DNA of 64,000 nucleotides, taken from contig NC_045697.1 of the NCBI RefSeq assembly GCF_009834535.1, forward strand, positions 65,040,001-65,104,000. The letters are read 5' to 3'. The DNA comes from Camelus ferus. Taxonomy: Eukaryota. The number at the start of each line of letters is the position of its first letter. The stretch's first letter is position 1. Under the pieces are notes generated by a model. The model worked only from the letters and a program-made list of their open reading frames with translations, did not search any database and was not told where the DNA came from. The position numbers and the translations under genes are program-made. Shown in pieces: positions 1 to 13,738 of this stretch.

Positions 1-150
1 ATCTGTTTACCTGTTTACTGTCTGGTTCCTACTAGAACAAGATTTCATAAGATGAATACTTCATGCTTCATTCATCATTATGTGTCCAGAGTCTAAACTA
101 ATACCTGGTTCATAATGGGTGCTCAGCAAATACTGAAAGAGTGAATGGAT
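1..150 (+). mobile_element. L2 LINE 3' end remnant
   Basis: Ends with a degenerate L2 terminus (cctggttcataatgggtgctcagcaaatactgaaagagtgaatgga, cf. cctggcacatagtaggtgctcaataaatatttgttgaatgaat). Confidence 0.7.
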
Positions 151-3100
151 TATGGCCTGGCAGAACAGTCCTACAGAGTTTGGATGTTATTTTTCATGGC
201 ACAAATAACCTGAACATTTAAAGCTCTCAAAATGCATTACAGAAGTTTTCCAACATTTTTTGACTATTATTTCAATGTTAGCCACTACAATCTGTAGTCT
301 TTAATTACACAGTACATTACCTTTTGCTACCCCTCAGATCAAGAATGTTTTATGCAAATTAACTTACAAATTCAAGGCGACTATAGGTGAAATTAGAGAT
401 TTAAAAAATTTATTTCAATGTTCAAAAAGAGGGGGGAGGTAATAGTTACACCAAGAATTTCATATAATGAAAATGCTAATTTTTAATGTAAATTTACTTC
501 ATCTGGACATACTTCAATGTAGATTGCATTCATTTAGACATAATCATTTTTCACAAAGTACATTGGTCCTTTAGTTTGGTCTTTGATAGTTGTTTGTATT
601 TTGAATTTTAAATTTAGATTAGTCAGCATCTTTCTATGTTTCTCTTTATGTTGTGCTGGAAATCCAGAGTAAAAACAGTATGACCCATATTACTATTTGT
701 AAAGCGTTTTGAGCTTCTCAGAGCTTCCTGTGCCATCACCAGTTGTAACTCCAAGCATGTTCTCCTGTTTCCATTGTGGAATGGAAAGTGACAGTTTCTG
801 GTACTTTGCAGCTTGATAAACTGTCTACTAGAAAATATCTTAATCAGCATAAATTTAGGTTGCTCTGGGTTCATTTTTTATAAGATAAATGTCCTGATGT
901 AATTTTAGGTATCCTAAAATGTAATTATTTAGATAGGAACTGCAAGGAAATAAATCCTTGATTCATTTTCTTTTAAATCCTGAAAGCTCAGTACCCTAAA
1001 TACTGCTTTGGTAGAAAAATCATTGACAGCTGCAGACTACCGCCACTTGAGACAGATTGATAAATGCACAACAACTTTTAAAAATCTCCATTCATTATTT
1101 ATTAGTAATTATCTTCTACTGGCTCTTCTGTCAACACTTACCCATTGGTTTATCAAATTAACTGATTAATGCCAAATACCATTCTAAGGCTTTTGCTTAA
1201 AACAGTAAATTTTAGATACTGTCATGGATATATATGTTATGCAAAATCTTGGAATTTTCCTATCTTATGAAAAATGGCTGAATTTTCATTTATCTTTTGA
1301 TTTAGGCCTTTGCTTTCTGCCAACGCATACACTTCTGCATCTTTCCTCCACCCTCATAATTTGCTCATGGTGAGAAAACTTTCTTTTAAACTCTCCTCTT
1401 TCAAGGATATCTTGTACTGTCCTCTTTGTGCCTCCTCTCTACACTCTGTTTCCTTCTATTATAGTCCCTATGAAGTTTTGGAATAATCACTTCCTCACAT
1501 ATCTGTCTAATTCATTCTCTCCCTTTCCTCTAGTTTATAAATTCAGGCACTTAGAATGAAGACACTAGCCCTCAATAAGTAATAAAGGAAAACTGGCCAA
1601 CCAAGATTAAATCATAATAGTCATCTCTCTAATTAGGCAGATACTTTTTAGCTCTTATTCCGAATTCCATATTAGCTTTTAACCAATAGAGTAAGTACTT
1701 TTTTGAGAGGCTCTCTTTATGAAAATATGTAATAGATGTCTTCACTTTCATCATTGTAACTGTGCTAGGGAAAAGATGTCTTCATTTTATGACTCTGACA
1801 TATGTTGGGAAGTACAGGTGGAAATCCAATATTGAAGGACTTTAGAGTGGATGTTTGCTGTTTTTGGTACCCAGGGAAGGAAGACTTTTGAAGTCAATCA
1901 GTGTATCTTTGGTATCCTGAGATCACTGCACTGTGGATGTTATATAACAAAGATCTGTGACCTCAATTATAGTAAAAATGATTCATCTTCTATTAATGTC
2001 ATAACCTTAGCAAAATTTTAGTCTTTCAGTTCAAATGATCAAAGAACATACATAATATGGTTAGCACTGAGGCTAGTAAATACTTGTTTCTAAATGGAAA
2101 CTGTTGAGGTGAGCGTCAAGATGTTTCTAATGAGACAAATAATGTTGACTAGTTACCTAATATTTCTATCCACAAATTATCTAAATTCAAAGCTAAGGTA
2201 TCTGATCACTAGTGTTTTATAATAGCAAGCATAGCTGCCATTCAACATAAATCTTGGTTGACTCTGAACCCAGCAAAAGATCAACGTATTGAAGCTTTTT
2301 TTAAAAAAGTCTGGTGAAAGATATTTGGGTTGTTGACCAAAACTTCTTGGTAACTTCCCATGGGAAAAGAAGTGCTTTTGGAGGACAGTTTGAAAAGCTT
2401 GGCATATGCTGACACTTTGTTACAGTCTTTTCAATAGCAGAATCATTTCCAGGCCACCAGACACAGTGAATAATTCCTGAATGTGCTACATGTGGTGTGG
2501 CCAAGATGACAGTACTGCCATCTGGAATAATAACAAAATTTCCTCAAAACAGACATCCTTTATGGACAGATAACTCATGCAGATCATGTGTCAAGGGCTT
2601 CATTTCTTTAGACATTTCCCCACTGGACTTTGCAGTTACAAGCAGAAGCACATTTACTGCAACAGAATATTACAGATAAGAACTACATAAACCACACCCT
2701 ATTGCCTGTTTGTATTTATACATTATTAGGAAGGGTACAGCATCCACTGGTTTTTAGAAAGAGGTATTCAGTTTTTTCATCAAATACGAAAAGGTCACAT
2801 TATCTTTTGACATGGAAAAGGAGGAAGTTCGCTGGTGACTGGGACATCACAGACTAGAGGAGACAATGGTAATAACCTGGAGCAACAACCACTAAGAGAT
2901 CTTATCTCACTGTATAACCAAACATTAATGCAGCAGTTCATCACAAATCCTAATTTAATTGCACTTTCAATAGCATTATTTTATTGTCTCTTGTAACTAG
3001 TTTACCTTTCTTCCTGGAGCCCTCAAGTTTATTTTATATCCCCCTATTGATTTTTCTTTCATGCTCTCTTTATTAATGAATTCATTATTTGGAGATTTTC

Positions 3101-4234
3101 AAGTATTTTGCTAAATTGAGCAACTTTCTGTATGTTCAATTAATATAGAAGCTAAAGGATCCAAATATATACATCTGATTGATTAAATCAGGGGTGAGCT
3201 TCATGGTTCTCTGACAGGTTGGATTGGTTCTTATCATTCCTGAAATTATTACCACAGCACCCTTAATGCTCCAGCTAGCCATTTTCAAGAACTTCTGCCT
3301 TTGCTGTGATGAAATTTATTAAGTCATTTCTTTTTCTCTACTGTGAAAGAAACCCTGCCATAAAATTTAATTCCTCAGATGACGTTCAGAGACAGTGTCT
3401 AACATAGGGTTGTTTGAAATAAGCTATTGAACAACACAGTTTGTTTCCTATTTATAATTAACTAAAATGAAACAAAAATTGGGTGAAAGAAAATGTACAG
3501 AAGGCTACATGAAGGAAAACTGTGAAACTTAATATTCTTCAGGTTGTCACCAATTATCTTTGGCTGTAACTTGCTCAATCCATAAATATATGTGTGAAAT
3601 CTTGCCTTTAGACATACATGTCTGATCCTTACTATCACAGTCCCTTTTATAGAACTGGTCTGTGATACTGTGTCTAGATAAAATATGTTGTGACTCTGTT
3701 AGTACAGTTTCACCAAAAATAGGATGCTCTGTTTTTCTGGATGTTGGAAACTTACCTTGAGAACATTTATGTAGTTCATTCATTATGCTGCATAATCAGC
3801 CTACTATTCCCTTTCCCAGTGGCACAGATGACACTGATAATGAGGAATTAGATCTAAACAAAATTATGAAAAGTTCTAAGCAGCATTCCACTTACATAGA
3901 AAACATATTAGCATAAAAATTATATAAATATGAAAGGAATAAGAAATTTTTTACTTATTAACAATTTACAGTATACTAGCTGATCATTATTTCAATAACT
4001 GGTTACTTTATACAATATGAACTTATATATATGATTATATATTATAAATAGTTTTATAAAGTAATAGTAATTTATTATATTTGCTTTGATAATATGCAAC
4101 AAATGTGTGTTTAATACTTTCGCTGCCAAGTTGATAGAAAGCACATAACAAACTGTCACTGTATTAAACAAATTCTAAGGGAGTTATGTATATATCTGCT
4201 TTAATATATTTGAGAATTAGCATTTCATTTATTG

Positions 4235-4778
4235 AATTTAGTGTAAAATACAAACTCTTTACCATGGACCATAAGTCCTGTGTGATCTGGCTTCTTCCCA
4301 GACTGATTTCACCCCATCATTTTCTCATTTATTTTCCAGGCTTTAGCCATCATGGCTATCTTTACATTTCTCGGACAAGAAATGTCTCCAGGAACATTTA
4401 CGGAACACAAGATAATAGCTTGCTTTTTCCTTCCGCTTAGATAAAAACCTTCCACTCCAGATCTCCATATAGTAGGTCTCAAATTAAATTTCACCTTTGC
4501 CATTCAGTCTTCACTGAAAATCCAGTAATGTTGTCTCCCAGAACTCCTTTCTATCCCACGCTTAATGTTTTTTATTATTTTTGAAATTATTAGCTATTAA
4601 TATATCTTCTTGTTTATTGTCTTTCTCCCTCGCACCAGCATGTAATTTGCACAAAGGCAAGGACCTTATCTGTTTTATTTAATACTCTATTTATTCTTAT
4701 GCCAAGAATAGTATTTGGTAATAAGACATTTAATATATTTCTTTTGAATAAATTAAGTGAGTAGCTGAATGAATAAGC
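4235..4778 (+). mobile_element. L2 LINE 3' portion
   Basis: L2-like motifs in order (aaactctttaccatggaccataagtcctgtgtgatctggc ... aaaggcaaggaccttatctgttttattt ... tgaatgaataa). Confidence 0.75.
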
Positions 4779-5289
4779 ACATGTTTGAGCCATAAACCAT
4801 ATGCCTTTTAAAGTGTGATTATCAAAAATGACAGGCCAGAAATACTCTTGTTTAAAAATATGTAGTACACACTGTGAGACTGACAATATGATCTGCAAAA
4901 AGAAAAGAAAAGAAACATCATTATCATACACTACTGTTAATTTATTACTTAAAATTTTAAAAAGAAAAAATAGATATTATAAGTTTCAAACAGCACTAAT
5001 AGTAAATTAAGAAACCTTGATAGTTAATTAAGTTGTTATTCATCCACAGAATCAAAGACAAGATAATGCTTGAAGGACCCTCTTGGTCTAGGAAACTTTG
5101 AGGAATACTGCGCTTGTGTTGAGGGAGGTTGGGGATAGGGTAGTGATATATCGTGAGGAAGTGTTGTCAGAGCTTCAGTGGGGTTTTGTAGTCCATCATC
5201 ACTTACATTGCTGATACAGACCTGGATGACCTTACCTGTTGCCTGTCTGACATACTCTTACCCACCAGGCTGTTGCTTCTACTTTATCA

Positions 5290-5490
5290 TCCCCACATTG
5301 CTTCCTACAACTTTTAGCTATTTAAATGTTGCATTTAGTGTATCAGTTTACATTCCCCCACCCACTAATTTAGTGTATCTGCCTCTCCTTCTCTATTAAG
5401 ATCTATTTAAAGGTAAAAACTTATTTTTATGTTTTTATTGCCTTGTTCCATGCCTAGGAAATAAGTTCCCAGTGGGTGTCAGTAAACTAG
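5290..5490 (+). mobile_element. Degraded L2 3' fragment
   Basis: Weak similarity to the L2 3' end (gtgtatctgcctctcctt ... catgcctagg ... tcagtaaac). Confidence 0.45.
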
Positions 5491-7267
5491 GTACTTAGTT
5501 TTTTATAAAAACAAATGTTTTTTAAGAACCAAATGGTGTTAGGAATCTTTTGTTTTCCTTTCTTTGACAACAAATTTACATACTGTTTTGCATGTCACCA
5601 TACTATGTCAACATGTAGAGATTCTGTTTTTAAAAAAACTGTAAATAATGGCTCAATCAATTAACCATATACACCATGTTATTGTGTGTTCCCTAAGTGT
5701 TCCTGGAGATATTTATTGATGTCTTTGAAAGGTAATACACATGGCTTCTTTTAAGATTACATTTTAAAAAATTAAAAAATATTATATTACTCTACTTAAA
5801 TAGCAAAAGCATCATGGATAGTTAAATTTTTTATTAATAAGTGATTGAATTTTGAACTCATGGTTTAGCCCATTGTGTCTTACAATTTCGGAGTAATAAC
5901 TGTACAGAGTGGTAATAGAACAATTTATCAGTGCAAAGTCATTGGTGAAAAATGCTATTGGTTCTCCTTATTTGCAATTAATGAAATGCTTTGTTCACTA
6001 GAGTCAGTGAAGAAAGCTGGAGTGAAATATGTCAAAAGTTAACAAGAGGAGTCAGCTCGGCTGCTACGTTCAAAGACAATATTATAAGATAAGCAAAGAA
6101 GACAGCATAGCCCCATACATTAAAACTAAGAGTGCTGATGCTAATTTAGCACTAGTACTCCTATAAATGAAAGATGGGAATCATGAACATATACTTGAGC
6201 AAGTGATTCTGGAACTCCTGAAGTGGAAAGGAGTTTAACTGAATTATTTTTTGAATTCCAAAACTTTAGAGAAGTTAGTAATTAATATGTTGGTAACAGG
6301 CTATCAATAAAATGGGTTCTTAATGCTTTATGATTCAATAGAACTTTCAAAAACCCCATGGTCTGGAATCTGGGGTTTCTATTCTACTGGATTTGTTATT
6401 ATCTGAATTATTGGAAGCTCCATCTGTACAGAACTACCTAGATGTCTTGCTAGATATCTGCAGGAGGTACTCAAAAATGTTTAGAATAGAGTATCATATA
6501 CAATAGACAAACCATAAAATGTGAATCGTAGAATGATTTAACAGATAAGGAATTTACAGCTCAAAGGGTAGCGGTTCTAAAAATTCAGTTTATCAAATTC
6601 CTGGGCCCCTTCTCACAGCTGGTTGAGAAGGCTGAAGTTTGGACCAGAAGAGTTTGATTCAGGTGGTAGATAGATAATACTGAGAGGTATGTTTTTAACG
6701 CACAGCATGCAAGTCAGCTACTTCCTAGTTTAGTGTATTTTTCTTGCTCCTTAAATTTTGAATATGACATTTACAACCTGTTAGCTCCAATACTTCTTTC
6801 AATAGAGCTACTATAAAACAGTGTTACTTTTGAACCATGAGGCTTAAGTATGTAGAATTTTCATAGAGCAAAGTTATTTGGAAAAAAAATACCCTTACAC
6901 AACAATGCCACAACAAACCTAGAGCATATTAAGTTACAAAGCAGTTGATTCCCTGCCAACTGCAGCTTTTAGAGAATTTGGTTATCTTGCTTCTGCAACT
7001 ATAAATTTATTTACTTAAATACTTACTCTCTAAAGATTTCCTTCCTCTGCCAATTTAAAATTCAAGTAACATAGATGAGTGGAAGATTGAAATAGAAACA
7101 ACTAGGCTATTCTTTCTCTTTTAAAACATCAAAGGCAATCAGTTTGTTGATGTAATTTGTGACTAATTTCTAAAACATGCCATCTTTACAGTAGTTTGTA
7201 TTTTATTTTTGGATAAATTATGTTTGACATGTAGATGTAAGAGCAAAGGAAAACTACATTTTACATA

Positions 7268-7296
7268 GTGTGTGTGTGTGGGTGTGTGTGTGTGGT
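7268..7296. repeat. Interrupted (TG)n microsatellite
   Basis: Seen directly. Confidence 0.9.
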
Positions 7297-7796
7297 GTAT
7301 CTTGGAATAGAGACTACATTTTATGATGTACTCTGGTAAAACGTTATGCTAATTTTATGAGCTAACTTCTAAATAATATGTCAAAAAATAGATTGTCAGG
7401 TACATCTTAACATTTATCAAGAGTAGTTGCTGGAATTTTTCTTTCTATATGGCTTAAAAGTTGTGTCAAAAATCTGTTTTTCAAATGGGGAAATGTAAGC
7501 TACAAATTCCAAATAATTTTACTCTTTTCTATGTCCCTGTATTAGGAATGCAGTTTTCTGAGGCCTCTGAAGAAAAGTAAATAATTTAAAATTTAATAAA
7601 ACTGTGAAAGCAATATGTGTAGGTTTTCCACTCTGTTTCTTCCTCTCTCTGTAGGGGAAGATTTTTCATCTGACAGATTAAAAACATTAGATTACATCCT
7701 GGTTACGGTAATTACAGCTTACTGGTGACATTGTCATTAGCAGAGCAATCCTAATGTCTAATTTATAGCAGTGTCATAAATGATTAATTCAAGATG

Positions 7797-8030
7797 TTTT
7801 TTTGAAAATCTATTTATTTATTTATTAAAGTATAGTTGATTTACAGAGTTGTGTGAGCTTCAGGTGTACAGCAAAGTGATTCAGTTATACACATACACAC
7901 ACACATATATTCTTTTTCATATTCTTTTCCATTATAGGTTATTATAAGATACTGAGTATAATTCCATGTGCTATAAAGTAGGTCCTTGTTGGCTATCTAT
8001 TTTATATATAGTAGTGTGTATATGTTAATT
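7797..8030 (-). mobile_element. L1 3' UTR fragment, 5'-truncated, cetartiodactyl type
   Basis: tattaaagtatagttgatttaca ... caggtgtacagcaaagtgattcagttatac ... ttccatgtgctataaagtaggtccttg matches the antisense L1 3' end; similar to the reverse complement of about 17040-17225. Confidence 0.85.
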
Positions 8031-8379
8031 TGATCATTGAGTGTAATCATGATGAAATGAGTTGGTACTCACAATAGAACCTTTTGGCTGCCGTTAAACA
8101 TGAGACTGTACCTAAAAAAATATTTAAGTAGTTCTGATTTAAAAAACAAAACAAAACAAAACAGCAAATTGTGGTCAAGCAGATGCTAAATAAACTGATT
8201 AAAGGTTGCTGTTAGAAATGACCAAAGAAACTTGTAATAGTTTGAGTGCTCATGTATGCCTTAAGTCTGAAAAGGGCAGAGATCTAGCCCATCTTTGTGT
8301 CCTTAGTGTTCAAACCAAAGAGGCCTAAAATATTTATTTCTAAGTGTATACATGGAGGAATGAATAAACAATGTGAGCT

Positions 8380-8855
8380 ACCCTGACTTACAAGGCTCAG
8401 TATTATCTCACCCTGACAACCTGTGGCTTTCTCTTGTGTCATACTCATCTCAACCACACTGCAGCCATACTGGTCAGCTTTCTTTTCCTTGGATATGCCA
8501 AGCTCCTTCCCATCTTTTATGTGTTCAGTTTTCTCTCCTGAGATACTCAGAACATAGTTGTTTCTCATCATTTAATCTCCCCTATTTACAAAGACACACT
8601 AACTTCAACTATCATCTGAAATGTGTGTGCATTATATAGATTATATGTTGTATATTTTCTCTGTTATATATATAGTATATATAGATACAGATTAGAGATT
8701 ATATATTTACTATTATATATATGTGTGTGTGTGTGTATGTGTATATATATATATATAAAATGATACAGGAACTTTGTATCATACTCACTCTGTATGTAAA
8801 ACAGGGCTTGGCTTATGTATGTAGGTGCTTTATAAGAATGCAGTGAATAAATTAA
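8380..8855 (+). mobile_element. L2 fragments interrupted by (TA)n/(TG)n low-complexity sequence (about 8630-8757)
   Basis: cacactgcagccatactggtc ... atgccaagctccttcccatc, and terminal gtaggtgctttataagaatgcagtgaataaattaatg. Confidence 0.6.
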
Positions 8856-9429
8856 TGCTGTGAAAGTGTTTCATAAATTCTTGAGTGCTCCTGATAGCTT
8901 ACTCTTACAGAGAAGAATTGAACATTGTGAGTTAGATATGTATTTATTTTAGTTTGTTATTTTTAATAAGGAATAAATATAGTTAACAGGAATGATTTTA
9001 AAAAGAATTAACAGAGGGCATTCCCTTTTTAAATAATATTTTATCTTGAATAGTAGGGGAATAAATGAAGTCTTTTAATGCTTGGAAATTGTTCTATATA
9101 TTACATGTGATAAAAGGAAAAAAAAATACCACCACCAAGGAGAGGGGAAGGTAATACGCAGTAGATTTTGCAACTTATTATAGGGTGCCTAAACATGTGT
9201 GACAGAAGTTGTATGTGTGTAACTGTGCTCCATTTATCTGTTTAAATTGTGACAGAAAACAATATAATAGGACAAACTTATGATAAATCAGCCCCAAATA
9301 ATCCCTAGTGTCTTTTGAACAATTTAGGAATATTAAATAAAAAATCCTTTCAAACTTTTCCCCCTCTTGCAGTATTAGGTGAACTGACAATATTTAGATA
9401 GAAAGAAATAGAAATAAAAGCATTCTGCC

Positions 9430-9572
9430 CTGGAGTTTTGATGTGTGTGGCTTCTCATCCTGTCTTAAACATTAACTTGTTGCTTAACCTTCAGACCTCA
9501 GGGTATTTTTACATGTAAAATAAGAAGCTTGACCTCGATGACCTCTAATATGATAGTATTGTATGATTCTAT
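9430..9572 (+). mobile_element. MIR3-like SINE remnant
   Basis: Core-like acctcagggtatttttacatgtaaaataaga followed by gatgacctctaa ... tatgattct. Confidence 0.55.
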
Positions 9573-10147
9573 TAAATATAGTTGGGATCATTGATTAAAT
9601 TTATTTCAAGTTAGTTTTCAGAAGTTTCAAAACCATGGTCTAATATTTAATTTTTGCCAATTGTACCCTTGGGCTTCTTGTTGGCTGTTGTGTGAGTGTG
9701 AAATACTGACCCCAGTGAATCAAAGGAGCGAGCTGTATATAGTCTGGGGAAGCTGATATAAGAAGCCAACAATTTAGACCTTGATGTTTTATACTCTCTT
9801 TGGATAGTGACAAATATGAAATTTTTTTTTTTTTTTACATTTAACTTTCTAAGGAAATAACTAAGGTTCCAGACTCCAACGATTTAGAGAAACACTGCAA
9901 CAAAATGTACAGAAGTTGGTCTTGGTTTCATACTGTACAAGATTCAGGGAGAATGATATTGTCTAATGTTTTCTAGGGACAAAAATGATTGTGCAGTTGA
10001 GATGCAAAATGCATTTGACTACTGTGAGGAGTTCTTTCTCTTGATTTTCTTTGTTGTTTTGGGGAGAGAAGATACATACTAATAAATTTGTAGTGGGATT
10101 TGTGTATAAAAAGCAAGAAACTATCCAAGAAATCCATGGTCGAGGGG

Positions 10148-10152
<5 letters not shown>

Positions 10153-10199
<47 letters not shown>
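10153..10199. repeat. Perfect (TG)n microsatellite, about 23 units
   Basis: Seen directly; it produces the THTHTH run in ORF 9973..10227. Confidence 0.97.
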
Positions 10200-10205
<6 letters not shown>

Positions 10206-10917
10206 TAAATTTTGCATTTAGTTTCATAAGGAAGCAAGATTCTGAAAATGGTTCTCAAAGGAACTTTTACTTATATTGACTTATTTTTCAATAAGAAATT
10301 ACATGATTCCTTGCAATAATTATGGTGAATAATTTATTAAGATGAAATGAAAATGTATGTGAAACTCCAGTATTACTTTCTTATTATTAGTATTCATTTT
10401 TAACATGTTTAAGGAAGAATATATCTTAAGAGAAAGAAGAATGTATGGAAGGCTGTAATGCGCAAGGAGGCAGATAAAAGGCAATTTAGTAAATCAATGA
10501 AAATTTTAGATCTCATCTTTAAAAAAAAATAAGCAAAATGAAAGAAACAAAAAGTGGATTTATTTATATGAGTCTCCACAAAGGAGAAAAAATATGCATA
10601 ATTTCATGGTTTACTTATCTGTGGTAAGGAGAAATCTTGTTCAAAATTCTATCTAAAAATATTCAGAATTGTGGAATAGCATGCTAGAAATTGGAATTAA
10701 CTAGTTGAAAGTTTAAAAATAAGCATATTTATCTTGGATTTGAAATCATATTAATAAATGCAGCATCAAAAAAGTGTAGTATGAATAATAACAGATACAC
10801 ACAAAAATAAAGAAAATAAATTGGGATATAAAAGAGCTCAAATTTCATGAAATAAAATTTGGTTTGGTTTGGTTTTATTTTGCTTATTAGGGTCATAAGT
10901 CCTGGATTATTTTTGTT

Positions 10918-11063
10918 ATTGTATTATTTAATTATTTTTATTTAGGTTGAGGTCTGGGGAGGTAATTAGATTTATTTATTTTTAGAGGAGGTACTGGGGA
11001 TTAAACCCAAAACCTCGGGTATGCTAAACATGCATTCTACCAATTAAGCTATCCCCTCCCCCT
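10918..11063 (-). mobile_element. Camelid-type tRNA-derived SINE
   Basis: Reverse strand reads ggggagggGATAGCTTAATTGGTAGAATGCATGTTTAGCATA...GGGTTTAATCCCCAGTACCTCC (Pol III A/B boxes) plus an A-rich tail. Perfect 20-bp TSD agtcctggattatttttgtt at 10898-10917 and 11064-11083. Confidence 0.92.
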
Positions 11064-11204
11064 AGTCCTGGATTATTTTTGTTTTGTTTCTTTGTAATAA
11101 TAATTATAATACAAAATCATTTACAATTTTATCTTGTTAAGTTATTTAGTCCTATTATATTATGCAGTTTTCATATCCAGTGAGGGAGACAGAACAGATT
11201 GTAC

Positions 11205-11338
11205 TAACCTTTATGTTAAGAATGAAGTAATTGCAATTTAGAGAAATTAAATAGCTTAAAAAATCTAGTCAGTTGAAATTCTAGGAGTCAGCCCAGCTGT
11301 TGTTTTTCCTAAGTCCAATTTTTTTTTACAGAACCACA
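11205..11338 (-). mobile_element. MIR remnant
   Basis: Degenerate MIR core in antisense (atgaagtaattgcaatttagagaaattaaatagctt ... aagtcca). Confidence 0.45.
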
Positions 11339-12944
11339 ATTTTCAAAAAATAGTTTTAATGTTATATTAATTATTAAGTTTGGATTTGAAATTCTGATCT
11401 TATTCTAGCTTATGCTTGACACTCAGTTCTTAATTTTTACCTCTAGGTTAATATTAGATTTATAAAAGACAAAAATTTAAATGTTTCCATTGTCAAATGT
11501 CTTACTTACTTGGAGCTGAATTAACTTCTTACTATGCACAGATAAAAAAAGAGTGTGGAAAGAATTATTGCTGAATTTGATGCTAGGTTAATTTCCTCGA
11601 ATTCTTTTTATTAACCAGCCCTGTCCTAAAACTCCTACTCCCTATTCCTCTTACATCTATTACTAGATGTACTGATAGAATGGAAGGAAGGAACCATTCT
11701 CAACTGTGAATTCTCAGTCTTTGATAGTCCAGATATCTTGCTGCATTTATCATCGATACTGTCAAAAATTTGACACTTTTGTAGCGGTCTGTGGCTGATT
11801 TAGCCTAGGTTGCCTTATTTATTGTGGCTTCAGATAGTGCAGTGTCTCCCAGTTAGACTGTAACCTTTTCATGAGCATGTGATTGAGGGAGTATCCTTAG
11901 TATTAAGCAGACGCTATGTGCTCAAAAGAAACTTGTAGATTATATTTACTAGCTAAAATGAAATGATTAAGATAGCATCCTACTCATTAGTCTTTAGTAA
12001 ATTGAAATAAAATATAATATCTTCTATTGTTTTAAGTGAGTATCGTGTATATTTCAATGGTAGTAAAAATGGTAAAAAAAAAAATACAGTTAAAATCAAG
12101 TTCAGTATAACTTTTATGACACAATTTTAAACATCCAAAATTTATTCAGTTCCTGTCATGCTTTCCATTATTTTTGAAAACAAATTAGTAATATCCAGAA
12201 AACTTTAGAAAGTAATTGCAACATTTGTATGTATGAATAAAGACTAGAATTTAAATATGGAAGCTATAAAAAATGTCTCTTTTGTCCCATATGAAAAGGC
12301 AGCACATCATGAGGATTTGGGGGACTCTGCTTGAGAAGCTGACTTGTAGACATAGAATAATTTAACTACAGTTGCTGTGAATTGAGTTACAGTGTTACTC
12401 AGAGGATTCTGTAACTCTTCAAAGATTTTTCTTCTAAATGCTGATTTATATATTTCAAACTGTTTTACTTTCTTTTCTCAAAAGCTTTCTGATGTAGAGT
12501 TGAGACTTTTTAAAATTGATGTTTATAAACATTGAAATGATTTTTAAACACTTTAGGCAGAATTCTAATATGTAATCATTAAATTGATAACATTTTTAAC
12601 TGGAAAATAATCAGAATTTATCAGAAGGTTGTTCAAAATTATGGTAAAATTTTATATGTACTAGGAAACTTAATGTCCCAAGAAAAGGATATTTCATAAA
12701 AATAAACATTCTCAAGCAAGGTGGTAAAATAAAGATGGAATACAACATGATATTTTATGGTAATACAAGAATGAGCATTTGAAAAAAGTTTAATAGATGT
12801 ATGTTAATTTTATTGCATTTTAGAAATCTGTAGCTATAACTTTGAAATATTATTTTGAAAAAATGTTAGTAATAGCATACAGATATGTCACAATATATGT
12901 AGGTGGGCTTAATTTTGACAGACATTGATTTAGAACAGTATATT

Positions 12945-13020
12945 TACCTTATAGATGAGGAAACTGAGATTCAGAGAAGTTAAATGAATTACTCCAAGTT
13001 AGTTTGAGGACAGAGATTTA
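12945..13020 (-). mobile_element. MIR core
   Basis: ttatagatgaggaaactgagattcagagaagttaaatgaatt is the MIR core in antisense. Confidence 0.8.
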
Positions 13021-13609
13021 AATAATGTTAAAAACAAAGATCATAGCTATTTAGAATAAATAGAAATGACATTTTCTAAGAGTAATCATTAAGCATTTAC
13101 TGAGAACTTACATGTATTGTAGGGTGTTGTGATGCATATATCTTTTTTTTTTTTTTTTTTAAATCACCATCTTACTTTCCTGGTCTTGTTAGGGAAAGTT
13201 CTTTCTTTAAAGTCATTTGAAATAGCAGAGAGTACCTTTACTAGGGTAAGGGACCATTTGGTACTCTGAAATTTCATCCAAAAGTGTACAATGTTCTCTT
13301 ACCAATATGCCTGCAGTACTTCGAATTTCACTCATCCTCCTATATACCTAATACTATAAATGTGAAATTATAAAATATTTGGCTTGTTGCTTTCAAGTCA
13401 TTTAATCCTGTTAACTTGCAAATGGATCTCTTTGGAATGTGTAGTGCTTCGTACCTCATGTTAAAATTACTCATTTTGGCAAGATATGGGTTCTCTGTTT
13501 TGGACACTTTAAAAATTATCAAAACCATTTTTTTCATGGTTTTTCTTTACAGATCAACCATATCAATACACATTATATCTACTAGAAAAATCTGGTAAAA
13601 TTAATGTTC

Positions 13610-13738
13610 CAGTTTCTTTACCACCAGAGATTCTAATTTATTAGGTTTTACTTTTTCAAGTGGAAATGGGGAATCTGTAATTTTAATAAGCAGCAAGCTA
13701 ATTCCAATGTGGGTAGACTGCTTTCAGAAATATTGGTC
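13610..13738. mobile_element. MER5-type hAT-Charlie MITE remnant
   Basis: ccagagattctaatttattagg ... ggaatctgtaattttaataagca ... tttcagaaatattg. Confidence 0.55.

Noticed and set aside
623..874. 83-aa minus-strand ORF
   Set aside because: No recognisable homology and no supporting splice or promoter context; length is within chance expectation.
4614..4931. 105-aa minus-strand ORF with a strong-looking acceptor near 4893
   Set aside because: About half overlaps an L2 remnant, and there is no good downstream donor.
9973..10227. ORF with a THTHTH repeat (likewise 55275-55752 and 62269-62508)
   Set aside because: Translation artefacts of (TG)n/(TA)n microsatellites and antisense L1.
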